Shown piece by piece: positions 50,941-62,061 of a DNA stretch of 62,061 nucleotides (position 1 is its first letter; every line of letters begins with the position of its first letter). Below the pieces are notes generated by a model. That model searched no databases, had not been told where the DNA came from, and was given only the letters and a program-made list of their open reading frames with translations. The DNA is from Negaprion brevirostris (Eukaryota), in the NCBI GenBank assembly GCA_030324005.1, contig JARDVH010000150.1, forward strand, positions 10,677,506 to 10,739,566. The letters run 5' to 3'. Position numbers and translations under genes: made by a program.

Positions 50941-51669
50941 GCGTGACCCGCAGCAAGGGAGATTATACCTAAAGATATTTTGTGCAAAGATTCAACTGAG
51001 CTTGCATGAGTGGAAGCTTGCACCAAGCTGTATTAATTGGATCAACATGGTCTAAATCTTACTGTTAGGACTGTGTGGCTGGTAGTGTCCACTTTCTCAG
51101 AATATTGAAAAATATATTTTTTAAATTCTCCAGAATGGATTCCTTTCTTATATGGTTTCCCCTTGGTCTGGAGTTATACTGAGGTGATGCCAAGCACAGC
51201 AGTGGCTACCAAAGGTGGTTTTGTGCGATCACAAGCTTTGGAGTCAGACTGCTGATGTTGATTCCAAAGCTACATGCAGCGCACAAACCTACATTGTATA
51301 TGCATCAAAATGGCATTTGTTTTTCTTTATCAATTCAGCGGATGTAGGCTTTGCTGGCACTGGAGCATTTATTGCCCATGCCTAATTGCCCCTTAATAGG
51401 CCATTTTAGAGAGCATTTAAGACTCAACCACATTGCTGTGGTCTGGAGTTACATGTAGGTCAGTGCGGATAAGGATGGCAAATTCCTTTCCCGAAAGAAC
51501 ATTAGTGAACCTGTTGGGCTTTTACGACGATCAACAATGGTTTCATTAGATTTTTAATTCCACATCTTAAATGAACATAGATTTCACCACCTGCAGTGGT
51601 GGGATTTAAACCCAGGTCCCCAGAGCATTAGCCTTGGTCTCTGGGTTACTATTCCAGTGACAATACCAT

Positions 51670-52125
51670 TAGAAACAAAGAAAATACGTGCAGGATTAGG
51701 CTATTCAGCACTTCGAGCCTGTGCCACCATTCAATATGATCATGGCTGATCATGCACTTTCAGTATCCCACTCTCACTTTCTCTCCATACCCCTTGATCC
51801 CCTTAGCTGCAAGGGTCATGTCCAGCTCCTTCTTGAACATATCTAACAGACAGTGGTAGAGAACTCCACAAATTCACAATTCTCTGAGTGAAAGCATCCT
51901 TCTTCATCTCAGTTCTGAATGGCTTACCCCTTACTCTTAGACTGTGACCCCTAGTTCTGGATTCCCCCAACGTCAGGAACATTTTTCCCCGCATCTAGCC
52001 TGTCCACTCCAATCAGGATTTTATATGCTTCTCATTCTTCAAAATTCCAGTAGCTACAAGCCCTGTCGATCCAGTCTCTCTACATATGTGAGTCCTGCCA
52101 TTCCATGAATTAGTCTGGTGAACTA
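51670..52125 (-). mobile_element. CR1 3' end
   Basis: GESRTRGHSLRVRGKPFRTEMKKDAFTQRIVNLWSSLP peptide. Confidence 0.88.
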
Positions 52126-53029
52126 GGCCACTGTCTCCTCATTGTTGGCGACCACGATTGCTCAGTCTCATTGCAGGTAACCAAAATAAAACTGGCTGAT
52201 CAATTTTTCAAGATGGTGACTTGTTTTAATTTGGAAAAGAGTTCCTTTAACTCAAGGACAGCAATCACTCCAAAGAAACAACCCTGAATGGTTTTCTTCT
52301 CACTCTCCCATTTGACTAATGTCTCACAAACTGAACAGTCTCTTTCAGCCCTGTATGATAGAATGGTTCTAACTTTTCCAGGGAATACCTTTGGTTAGGT
52401 TCAGTGGGGATGCAGGAAAGTTTACAATGAACCATTAAAAAGAGGAACAACCTTGCATTTGGAAAGCACTTTTCACAACCTCAAGCTGGTGAAGTCATTT
52501 CAAATAATTTGTAATATGGGGAAAGATTGTAACCTAAAGAACTTTTGCATCTCTGACCAAGTGAGTTATAATTTTAGGTATAATACTTTAGTGCCCCTAC
52601 ACTTCCCCAAAACAGGAGGTTTTGCAAATTTATCTTTATGAACAAAGTAATCTTTTTCCGAGTAGATGGCAAGAAGTAAGAATACTTCAACTCCATTCAA
52701 AAATGTTTCCAATTTTGTTAGAATAGTCAAACAGACACATTTGATGCACATGGGACTGGATTAACATGTAAGCCTTCCCCATCTCGGAATAAGTTATTTA
52801 TATTATATTTTATTGTTGTTTAAAAATAGATTCATAGACTCTTTTGTGATTCACTCCCCGGGTATAAAGCTAGAGCTTTCATGCCAGCAAAGAGCAAAGG
52901 AGTATCAATAGGCAGAGACCAGTCCTTTAGAGGTATGAGCATTCACACACTCTGCTTCTCTCTTTACTGCTACATTATTACCAGGGATCTATGTTGCACT
53001 ATGAAGAATTGATGTACAGAAACTGTAAA

Positions 53030-53420
53030 AAAAGAATCTAGGTATACATAATACCTTATCAAAGCTTCAGTACAACCTAAAATACCTCACATCTGATCAA
53101 TGATATTGTGAAGTGTGGCCAATGTTGTTTGGTAGGCTACAACAGCAGGCAATTTGTCCATAGTTAGTTCTCATAAACAGTGATCAGATGAATGATTATT
53201 TTTAATGGAAGGAAAAGTGTTCTCCAGGAAAATATCTTGCTTTTATTCTCATAGTGTAGATAAAGGTTTTATTTGCACCCAAAAAGGAAGACAAGTGTCT
53301 CAGTTTAATGTCTCATCCTAAAGATGCAATCTCCAACAATGTAGCACACCCTCAGTACTGCACTAAACCTAGATAATGTGTTAAAGTTCTGAAGAAGGAC
53401 TTGAAGTCGTGTGTGGGATT
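53030..53420 (-). mobile_element. Deu-SINE relic
   Basis: CTCAGTTTAATGTCTCATCCTAAAGATG..CCCTCAGTACTGCACT matches the 3113-3900 family. Confidence 0.65.
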
Positions 53421-53904
53421 CAAACTAATCCTTTTCTGCATATTAGTGTCTGAGTGTAAGAACATATATCTGAATGTAAATTAATGCATGTGGACTTTTG
53501 AGTGTACATGTATTTGTATTTGGGCATGTGTCAGAGAGTAGTGTGTGTTTGTTTATAGAATAAATGTATATGCTCAGTATGTACGTGTGTATACGCAAGT
53601 GATTTTTAATTTTTTTTTGTGGGAATTCCTGGAAAATACCGACTTCTTGGGTCCACTTGTATATGTTCACATATGCCTCAGCATCTACTGTCCTAATTTC
53701 CTACAACCTTCTGACTCCAAGACTATCACTGAGTCAAACTAATCTATGCTCATTTCACCAAGCATGACTTGTTTTAAAATTTTTACTTTGATCTTACTTT
53801 GTCATTTTGTCAATAGTTCAACATTTTCTTTGTAGTATGGAGACTGGAACTGTGCACAGTCCAATAAATCTTGCCTAACCAAGGTTCTATATAACTTTAA
53901 TATT

Positions 53905-54400
53905 ACCATAAAGGACAAAGTTAGGACTCACAAAGCCAGAGTTCCCTGAATGACAAAAGATTAAAATAAGATGAGACAGAAAAAGAGTGCATATGACAGA
54001 TGTCAAGTTGATAAGACAAGTGAGAACCAGGCTGAATATAGAAAGTACAGAGGGGAAGTGATAAAAGAAATAAGAGCAACAAAAAGTATGTTTGAGAAAA
54101 GATAGGCAGCTAATTTAAAAGGGATTCCAGAAGTCTGTTTTTGGCATGTAAATGGTAAAAAGGTGGTAAAATGAGGAGTAGGGTCAATTAGCGATCAAGA
54201 TGAATGTCTGATACATAGGGGAAGGCTGAGGTACTAAATTAATACTTTGCAACTGTCTTTTCCAAGGATGGTGCTGCCAAAGTCATAGTGAAAGAGACTG
54301 TAGTTGAGATGCTGGATGTGGAAGATTGATAAAGAGATGGTATTAGAAAGGCTCTCTGTACTTAAAGTTGGTTTGTCACCAAGCTCGGATCAGATATGGC
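53905..54400 (+). mobile_element. CR1 ORF2 internal relic (region preceding RT)
   Basis: GCTGAGGTACTAAATTAATACTTTGCAACTGTCTTT encodes AEVLN.YFATVF, followed by LKV.. motifs. Confidence 0.7.
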
Positions 54401-55109
54401 TGCCTGGTTTCTGATAAAATACTCAATACTTAAAGTACTTTGAAATGTCTGGTGGTCGTGAAAGGCAATATATAAATCCAACTCTTTCTTTCTTTGCTTG
54501 AAATATGTGCGTGCTTATGGTGAAAGAACAGTGTTGAGTGAGACTGATAGAATCACTTTTCCAAAGAGCTGGCATAAGCACGATGAATCAAATGGCCTCT
54601 TTCTATCCCGTTGTATTCCAGCATTCTCTTTTTGAAATGATGTCAGTCGTATTGAAATGCAGCATGATGCCATGTGCTCAAAACAACAGTCATTCCATGA
54701 AAAAGTTTTGCCCAACGTTTTCTTGAAAACAATTTGCCTTTAAACAACTCTTCACTTTCTACACAGCAAACAAGCTCTTTGGGAAGTGGCCTTGTATCAC
54801 TGTTACTTCAACTTGTCATCATAAAGTGGCTTAAAAGACTTTAGTGTTCAATTGTTCCAACACATTTCAAAATAATGTTTGATACATTTGCTGAACTACT
54901 TAGTTGTTGTGGTTTTGAACAATAAGAAACAGTTGTTCCCTGATGCCCTGGTGTGTAGATAATCCATGGTCTGGGACCAGCTCAGAGACAAGGTGCCCTT
55001 TTATATGACTCTTCCCATTTTAAGAATAAAAGACTAATCTAAACCAGGGCTCAGCCCCAGCTTTTCTAACTTCCCAGCCCCTGGGTCGCTGCTCAGTTCT
55101 GTCCTCTGA

Positions 55110-55236
55110 CATGTCTAATTCCAGTAAAAAGTCTGACAACACCAGGTTTTAGTCCAACCAATTTATTTGATAATAAACCTTTTTACTGTGTTTACCCCAG
55201 TCCAACGCCGGCATACCCACATCATGTCTAATTTCA
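55110..55236. mobile_element. Short internally deleted Penelope-type insertion with 14-bp TSD
   Basis: Direct repeats CATGTCTAATTCCA (55110-55123) and CATGTCTAATTTCA (55223-55236) flank ACAACACCAGG..AGTCCAAC..TTACTGTGTTTACCCCAGTCCAACGCCGGCAT. Confidence 0.65.
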
Positions 55237-55739
55237 ACATGTAGTATTTTTCAAATCGTCTCTTCAGCTCGCTGGGTTCGCGCTTTGGGAAGTTGAAGGA
55301 GATTTGGAGTGAGGATCAGGAAGAAATGGGATTGAGGGTGAGAATCAGGCAGAAAGATGTTTTGGTGGGGACCCAAGAGGAGGGAGATCAGGGCGAGAAT
55401 GGGGACAATTGAGATTTGGGTGAGAATGGGGGAAAGAGATTGGAGCAAGCGTATAGAAGGCCTTGCATCATTGTCTAGGGAGGTCTTACCTTTTGTATAT
55501 GGAGATCAGGTGTGTACAGGGAATTTAACTGCTCTTTGTGGAGGTGGGTTTCCTTTTTTGGGAGATTGTACAGTGTTTGCAAGCGTGCATGTTTGAATGT
55601 TTCTGTATGGTAAATCACATCATGCTACTCACACAATCCATTGCAATATTTGAATATATTTACTGTCCTTCAGCAGGCATGATCTAGAGAAGGATACATA
55701 GTCCCAGCCAACATCTCCACTCCATTGTCAGTGGCCCCA

Positions 55740-56360
55740 ATCCCCTCTCTGCTCCATAGATATCTTCCCAATTTGAACCAGGCCATTAAGAAATTTGGCC
55801 TCCTTTTAAACTCTGAGCTGAAATTTGAACCCAATCCCAAGACCATTCATTGCCACCTGCACAAAATTTTCCACTTCCCTTATCACCACAGGATCTTTGT
55901 TGCTGAAGCCTTGGTCATCTCCAGATTGGACATTCCTGGTGTTCCCCCTCCCCCACCCCACCCCCCCCTTCCTGACATTCAATCCCCTGACTTTGAACTC
56001 CAACTTGCCCAGGAACTTTACTGTTCATGCACTGCCCTGCAGTGGCTCCCAAATTTTCCAGTACCTTAGTCTTCATTGACTTTCAGTGATTCCCAAAACA
56101 TCATTGAATCCAAGTCTTTGTCTATAAATCCTTCTGTGACTTCATCCCCATCCTTAGTCCCTGAAATACTCAGTTCCTAAGACTCAGTCTTTCTGTTCAT
56201 CCAACCTTCATTACTTTAACCCCATTATTGATTGCAGAACCTTCAATTACCTTGGCTGTGCTCTCTCCATGGATCATACTGCCATCTTTGTACTTTCAGA
56301 AGAATTTTCCCAAGGCCCACCATTTTCAGCAAAGTTTTACAACACTCTCTCTCATGATGC
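55740..56360 (+). mobile_element. L2 LINE relic
   Basis: NLNQAIKKFGLLLNSELKFEP..AEALVISRLD peptide (ORF 55725-56069). Confidence 0.7.
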
Positions 56361-56369
56361 AAAAGAATG

Positions 56370-56800
56370 GCATAGGATTGCATTGCTCACAGAAACAGGC
56401 CATTCGGCCTAACCAGTCCATGCTAGTGTTCTAGCTTTCTCCCATCATTACTCATCTAAGCCTACCTCTCTTTCCTTTTCCCTCATATGCTTGTCTAGTT
56501 GCCGCTTAAATATATCTGTATTATTTGCTACAACCTCTCCCTGTGGTGGTGAGTTGCACATTCTCCCTACACTTTGAGGAAATAAGTTTCTTCTGAATTC
56601 CCTATTGGGCTTATTTTACTGACTGCCTCTAGTTATGTTCTTCGCCACAAGAGGAAACATTCTTTCTCTATCCACTCTGTCAAAACCTTTCATAAAATTA
56701 GGCCATTGCTCAGTCTTCTTTTTTCAAGAGAAAAGAGACCTTAGCTTGTCAATCTTTTCCCAATATGTAACCCTCCACATTTCTGGAATCATCCTTGTAC
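56370..56800 (-). mobile_element. Old CR1 3' end
   Basis: CAGAAACAGGCCATTCGGCC tail and ATCCACTCTGTCAAAACCTTTCATAA on the reverse strand. Confidence 0.7.
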
Positions 56801-56849
56801 AGGAAATTGAAACTGGTAGTCACCAGCCTTGCAAGGAAGGACATGAGGT

Positions 56850-58190
56850 TAGAACATAATCGAGGTCGATTGTGATGCCCAGCATAGTGGAATAGGCATT
56901 CGCTAGCCGGACTTGCACTTGACAAATGAACAGATTTGACAGAGGTGGGTTCTCTTGCGCTCATGGAGCCGGAAAAGAAGAAGAAGATGGGTGTATTAGG
57001 GTATTTTTTAAAAAATAAGTGCGAGTTTAATTGTTAAAGAAAAGTCCTTTAGGGAAAAAGAAAGTGTAGGTGAATGAGATACTGAGATAGACAGAAGGGG
57101 GTCTCAGCGGCAGGGGAACGTGGCTGTGTATCAATGGGCGTATCAGATGCTAAATGACATCGTCATTCTCCTGGTCGATTGACCTTTGGCCCAGCAGAGT
57201 TGAGTCCAGATCTCAGTGGAACAGGACAGCACAGGACAGGCAGGGCCAGACTTATGTCCCTATCAAGCCCCAGGCAGACAGGCTTGGAGGACGGGATGCG
57301 ATTGCCTCTCCACCCGGATAACTCGTCAGATAAGAAAGTTTTAACACGAGTTGTGTTTGCTTGGCGCTTCGGTACTTGTCGAACTCCTTTAGTGCAACGT
57401 TTGTTTAGTCGCTTTATATATACATATATAGATAGATATGGATATATTTGGGGGGATTGTTGCCATAGCAGCCGAAACACTGTCTGGCTAACCAATTTNN
57501 NNNNNNNNNNNNNNNNNNNNNNNNNNNNNNNNGAGAGCAGCAAGGTCCGGGATCGGTTATTAACGCGGGCGTTGGTGTTATTAACAATAGATTTCGCTAA
57601 GATTTCGCCTGATTAGACGAGCTTTGTGACGCCGGGTGGAACGGAAGGACAGTTTGAAGTTCTTTATTGCTGAATTATATTTTATATCTATCGGATCCCA
57701 AACACGTTTGAGCCACTTCGCAGACCGCAATCGGAGCGGAGCCCCTCATCAGCTGAAGGAGATGCTCTTGTTCTGAAAGCAAAATTGAGTCACTTTTTGT
57801 TTTGTCTGGGAAAACTTTGATTAGAGTTTGTAATTGGACGGTTGTTTCTGAAGTTGGGGAGAGTGGACGGTTCTTCTGTTTAATCTTGCGGGGTGGAGTG
57901 GCGGGGGGGGGGGGGGGTGGTGGTGGTGTAGAATGTGGTCTCAGGTCTGCCTTTCTGATCGTGCAATGGATAGTGAAATGGTTTTCTAACGATCCAGCAA
58001 AAACCTGTGTGTGTGTGAGTGAGTGTATGTGTATGGATGATGAGCATTCGCCTGTTCAATCTCACCCCAATAATTCACATCGGTAAGGATTGCGACCATT
58101 GAAGAGTTCAGGAAAATGCAATGAAGAGTCATCCCTTCCTATTTGCCCCCGCCGAGAAAGACGGACCTTGGGGGGGGAGAAGAGTTTGAC
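56850..58190 (+). promoter_or_regulatory. CpG-rich miR-9-proximal regulatory region
   Basis: Abrupt return of CpG dinucleotides and absence of TEs just upstream of the hairpin. There is a motif cluster at 57131-57192. Confidence 0.45.
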
Positions 58191-58192
58191 GA

Positions 58193-58273
58193 GGCTGGAT
58201 TTTCTCTTTGGTTATCTAGCTGTATGAGATTGTTGAACCGTCATAAAGCTAGAGAACCGAATGTAAAAACGGC
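58193..58273 (+). ncRNA. mir-9: miR-9 family precursor hairpin (probably the miR-9-4-type paralogue)
   Basis: 58205-58227 TCTTTGGTTATCTAGCTGTATGA is identical to mature miR-9-5p. 58243-58264 ATAAAGCTAGAGAACCGAATGT is a miR-9-3p arm that pairs with it across a 13-nt loop. The lower stem is GCTGGATTTT/AAAAACGGC, and a CNNC motif (CACC, 58283-58286) lies about 17 nt after the 3' arm. Confidence 0.97.
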
Positions 58274-59884
58274 TTCGAGTTTCACCGGCACTCTCCCCCC
58301 GCCCCCCGACCCCCGCCTCCCCCTGCACGGAAGGGAAGAGAGAAGATAGGCAGGGGGTGGAGATGAAGATAAGACTTCGCCATCGGAAACGATGACTTCC
58401 AAAAACTATCAAGACTTTGGATTCTCCGTCCTCCTCTGGGATGTTGTGTTGAACCCCCTCCACATTTGGGGCAGGCGGCAGAATCCTCGGCACAGCATGT
58501 CTGGCTTCCTCCAGCTTCTGTTGACTTTCAGGATTAGGTGATGACTGTCCGGGGATTTTTCGTCGCGAAACACACGACACCTTAGCAACTGGAATCAGTT
58601 TGGCGCAGAACTTAATATCCAGCGGCCTTTGGCTGCGAATGGCTAACTTTATTGGAGAGGGGAGAGAAGGGAGGGGGGTGGAACTTATTATCAAAACTGG
58701 GCTAGTTTTATTTAAAAAAAACTTGAAAGCAGGCGGAGAAATCAGCTGGAATTTGGCCACCGTTAGATTAGAGAGAAGGGGTAATGGTGACTGTGGAGAA
58801 GGGGAGAGAGGGAGAGGGAGAGAGGGAGTGTGAAGAGGGGAGAGGAGGAATGGGAGAGGGAAAGGAGGGGGTGAAAGAGAGACTGGGNNNNNNNNNNNNN
58901 NNNNNNNNNNNNNNNNNNNNNNNNNNNNNNNNNNNNNNNNNNNNNNNNNNNNNNNNNNNNNNNNNNNNNNNNNNNNNNNNNNNNNNNGAAGGACATATTA
59001 GGAGAGGTGACAAACACGTGGTCAAAGAGGTAGGCTTTAAAGTTGGAGGGAGAGAGTGAGAGAGACGGGAAAGAGAGGAAAAAAGTGATAGAAGGAGGAG
59101 CTGTAAAAATCAGAGTAGCGAAAGATTTTGCTAAATTTCGATTATTTTCCTTGCCACATACGCCTATTTTCAGTGAAGGTTGGGATGGATGTGTTCCCGT
59201 TCCTTGTGTACAGGAATCAGGATGGTTTCAGTTATTTTAAACTAATTGAAAGGGAACTGTAATTGCTTTGACAAATCCCGGATTATTCTGTCAGTTTCCT
59301 GTGAGCAACAAGCTCCGAATTGAAATATCGAGTTTCAGACAACAGGAAATTCGCTCATTTGTCTCCAAATTGCTGCCGTGTTTCTTTTTTTTTATTAGCA
59401 TCGGATTTGCGCGCGATTTGCGCCTTTCTTTGGGGTCGGAGAACTCCGCGGGGCTGCGGGGCTGGACTGGCCGGGCCGGAGTGCTGCCTGTCTGGGAGAT
59501 GCTTTGGATCTGCCCCGCCGTTTCCTGGTACAAAGTGTTCATGCAGAAACGCCCATGGTGGCTCAGTCCTTCATCTGCTTAATTCCCATTGACAGTCACT
59601 GACCGTCAGTGTGGGCTGTCAGATATAGGTCAACAGTCTTAAATCAGCCTTAAAGCCTCACTGTAGGCAGCTAGTTCAAGTGCTGGACTTGGCAGCAGTG
59701 AGGGGCGGAGATGTGGCCGTGTTGGAGCAGGAGCTTCGCTCCAATTTCAAAGCTCTTAAAGAATTAATTTACCAAATGTGGTTGGATTCAATCCTAGTGT
59801 TAGATTGATGCAGCCTTTAGAGGATAGCTGGAGAAAGAGAAAAGAAAATGAAGAATTTGCATTCTCAATCTCAGCACTAACGGG

Positions 59885-60700
59885 CAGCAGTCCCATTCAC
59901 TAGTCAGCCCTTCTACTCGCTGACCTGCACCGGCCCCCGGTCAAACAACTCCTGGTTTCCCAAATTCTCATCAAATCATTAGCCTCGCCTTCCCTATCTC
60001 TGTAATCTCCTCCAGGCCCTACAATCTCCCTATCTCTAAAACCTCATCCAGTTCCTATACCCTTCCCTGTCTCTGTAACCTCCTCCAGGCCCTACAACCC
60101 ACCTTATCCCTGTAACCTCCTCCAGTCCCTTCACCTCTGTAACCTCCTCCATCCCATTCACTCCTTATATTTGTAACCTCCTCCAGCCCCTGCACTCCCC
60201 TCCAGATCTCAGCAATCTCCTCCAGTCTCTACAACCCTCCCCATCTTTATAACCTCCTCAGCCACTATACTCCTCTCAGATCTCTGTATAATCCTCCATC
60301 CCCTACACTTCTTACCTCTGTAATCTCCTCCAGTCCCTACACTTCTTATCTCTGCAAGCTTCTCCAGCCCTTACAACTCTCCCTTTTGCCGTAACCTCCT
60401 CCAGCCCCTACATTCCTCCAAGATCTCTGTAACCTCCTTCAGTCCCTTTAACCTCCCCTATCTCTGTAACTTTCCCAACTCTTACACTCCTCTCAAATCT
60501 CTGCACTCCTCCACGTGCCTCTCGAACATNNNNNNNNNNNNNNNNNNNNNNNNNNNNNNNNNNNNNNNNNNNNNNNNNNNNNNNNNTGATTCCCTCCCTA
60601 AATGTCTCTCCACTTTTCACTCTACTTAAAATACTCATTAAAACCTACCCCTTTTGGTCATCTGCTCTCATATCTCCATATGTGTCAGCTTTATTCACCG
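59885..60700 (+). repeat. L2 3' end containing a ~35-bp minisatellite (about 14-15 units, 59990-60510)
   Basis: Repeated CTCTGTAACCTCCTCCAG(C/T)CCCTACA..CTCCCTAT units. Preceded by CTCGCTGACCTGCAC (L2 LADLH) and followed by L2 3' sequence. Confidence 0.85.
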
Positions 60701-60744
60701 AAAAGCCTTGGAACATTTTACTGCATTGATGGTGTTATCTAAGT

Positions 60745-60920
60745 ACAAGTTGTTGTTATTCATGTCCAAAAGCACTTCACAGTGAATTAAGTACTTTTTT
60801 GAAGTGTAGTCACTGTAGTGTGAAGCATGGCACCAATTTGAACACAGTAAGATCCCACAAACTGCAGTGTGGTCAGTGTCAAGATAATTACTTTTTAGTT
60901 GAGGGATAAACATTGATCAA
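60745..60920 (-). mobile_element. Deu-SINE 3' half
   Basis: AAGTACTTTTTTGAAGTGTAGTCACTGT..CAGTAAGATCCCACAAAC..GTTGAGGGATAAAC. Confidence 0.75.
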
Positions 60921-61009
60921 GTTAATGCACTAACGCTATTCTTAATGACCAAAACTACAGTGCTGATATGCTTGCTGATTTAATACTTAGAGAATATACC
61001 TAATGTACA

Positions 61010-61380
61010 AAATATTTATTTTGAATAACAATTACCCAGAATTAAGTTAAAGATTAGTATAGAATCATGAATACCTAAGAATGAGTTACAGATTGGAATC
61101 TAATGAAGGGGTTCAGTTGTTTTATGTGTCAATATGGATATCCAAAAATCAGGTACAGGCTGTTTTGAGAGGTTCCAGTTTGTTTATATACAGAATAACA
61201 GATGTGCAGGAATGAGATACACAACTCCAACCTAAGCAAGAGTTTTGGGTGGCTTATATTTAGAATAATAAATAGGCGTGAGTTCCAGGCTGAGATGTTT
61301 AGGTGGCTCATATATGGAATAACAACTATATGTGAATGAGTTACAGATTAAATCTAATCAAGGTGTTTGAATGGCATAAA
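61010..61380. repeat. Degenerate ~55-70-bp tandem repeat
   Basis: Recurring TATA..GAATAAC/..GAATGAGTTACAGATT..ATCTAAT..GG units, about 5-6 copies. Confidence 0.65.
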
Positions 61381-61769
61381 TAATTTGAAACTAATATCTG
61401 AAGTTTGTGGTCAGGTTCATTGAATATTGATCAGTAGTCAATGTTTGGAATATTGTTTTGATGTCACTCTGTAGATTTTATTCAATCTGGGTCAAGTGTA
61501 CCCTATGCAGTTGGCACAGAACGAAGACTACTTTTGAGCATAAGCCATTGTCAAATCCATATTTATTGAATGTGCACAGGAGTTGACCACAGATTCAATG
61601 ACGCGTCTGTATTAGACAGAATAATCAGTACTGACATAACAAACAAAGAACTTGCATTTATGCAGCAAATTTCACAATGTCAGGACAGGCATATTGGAGT
61701 TATTGGCTGGTGTTTTTACACTGAGTCACTCCAAATATGTAGAACAAAGTGAATTTATTAATCACATTT

Positions 61770-62061
61770 AAACATCACAAGATGCTCCACAAGAGTGTTT
61801 TCAAGCAAAATTTGACATTGAGCCACACAATGAACTATTCGGGCAGGTGCTCAAAAGCTTAGCGGAAGAGGTGGAATTTAAGGGATATCTTAAAAGATGG
61901 ACAAGGCAGAGAGTTCCAGAGATTAAGGTCCAGGCAACTGAAAGCACAGCTGCCAATGGTGCAGCAATGAAAATTCAAGGGTGTGAAAGAGGCCAAAATT
62001 GGAGGGGTAGACAGATATTAGAAGGTTGGATGATTGAAAAACTTTACAAAAATAGAGAAGA
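61770..62061 (-). mobile_element. L2 3' end
   Basis: GAGTTCCAGAGATTAAGGTCCAGGCAACTGAAAGCACAGCTGCCAATGGT is the reverse of the L2 'GRAFS..GP.LWNSLP'-type region. Confidence 0.7.

Noticed and set aside
52864-52875. 12-nt identity (ATAAAGCTAGAG) to the miR-9-3p arm
   Set aside because: No matching 5p arm or precursor hairpin. A short AT-rich match is compatible with chance.
58212-58760. 182-aa minus-strand ORF overlapping miR-9
   Set aside because: Antisense to the miRNA in GC-rich DNA, with no recognisable protein features.
59861-59880. TCAGCACTAACGGGCAGC RE1-like sequence downstream of miR-9
   Set aside because: Half-site spacing is off by one and both halves are mismatched.
59990-61380. 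Repeat arrays superficially resembling CRISPR
   Set aside because: Vertebrate DNA with degenerate tandem units, no unique spacers and no cas genes.

Overview
Repeat-rich, essentially non-coding vertebrate DNA with many short N gaps. The retroposon inventory (HE1/V-SINEs, CR1/HER1, L2, Rex1/Babar, Deu-SINE and Penelope-type pieces) points to a shark or other elasmobranch. I see no intact protein-coding gene, and almost all tracked ORFs are TE remnants or noise. The one clear functional gene is a miR-9 hairpin on the + strand at about 58193-58273. Its 5p arm is canonical, and its 3p arm is the variant I associate with the non-mammalian miR-9-4-type paralogue. Upstream, about 8.4-39.3 kb is a CpG-retaining, largely transposon-depleted domain, most plausibly the promoter/enhancer territory of the miR-9 host lncRNA. 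Other notable items: an intronless, frameshifted Rab18 mRNA fragment embedded in a CR1 3' end next to a probable solo LTR; an RE1/REST-like site formed in a SINE tail; Penelope-type inverted arms carrying decayed hammerhead-ribozyme cores; and V-SINEs with two alternative LINE-derived tails. TE family names come from recall of consensus sequences, not searches, and TE boundaries are approximate. I found no convincing wholly new biological system.
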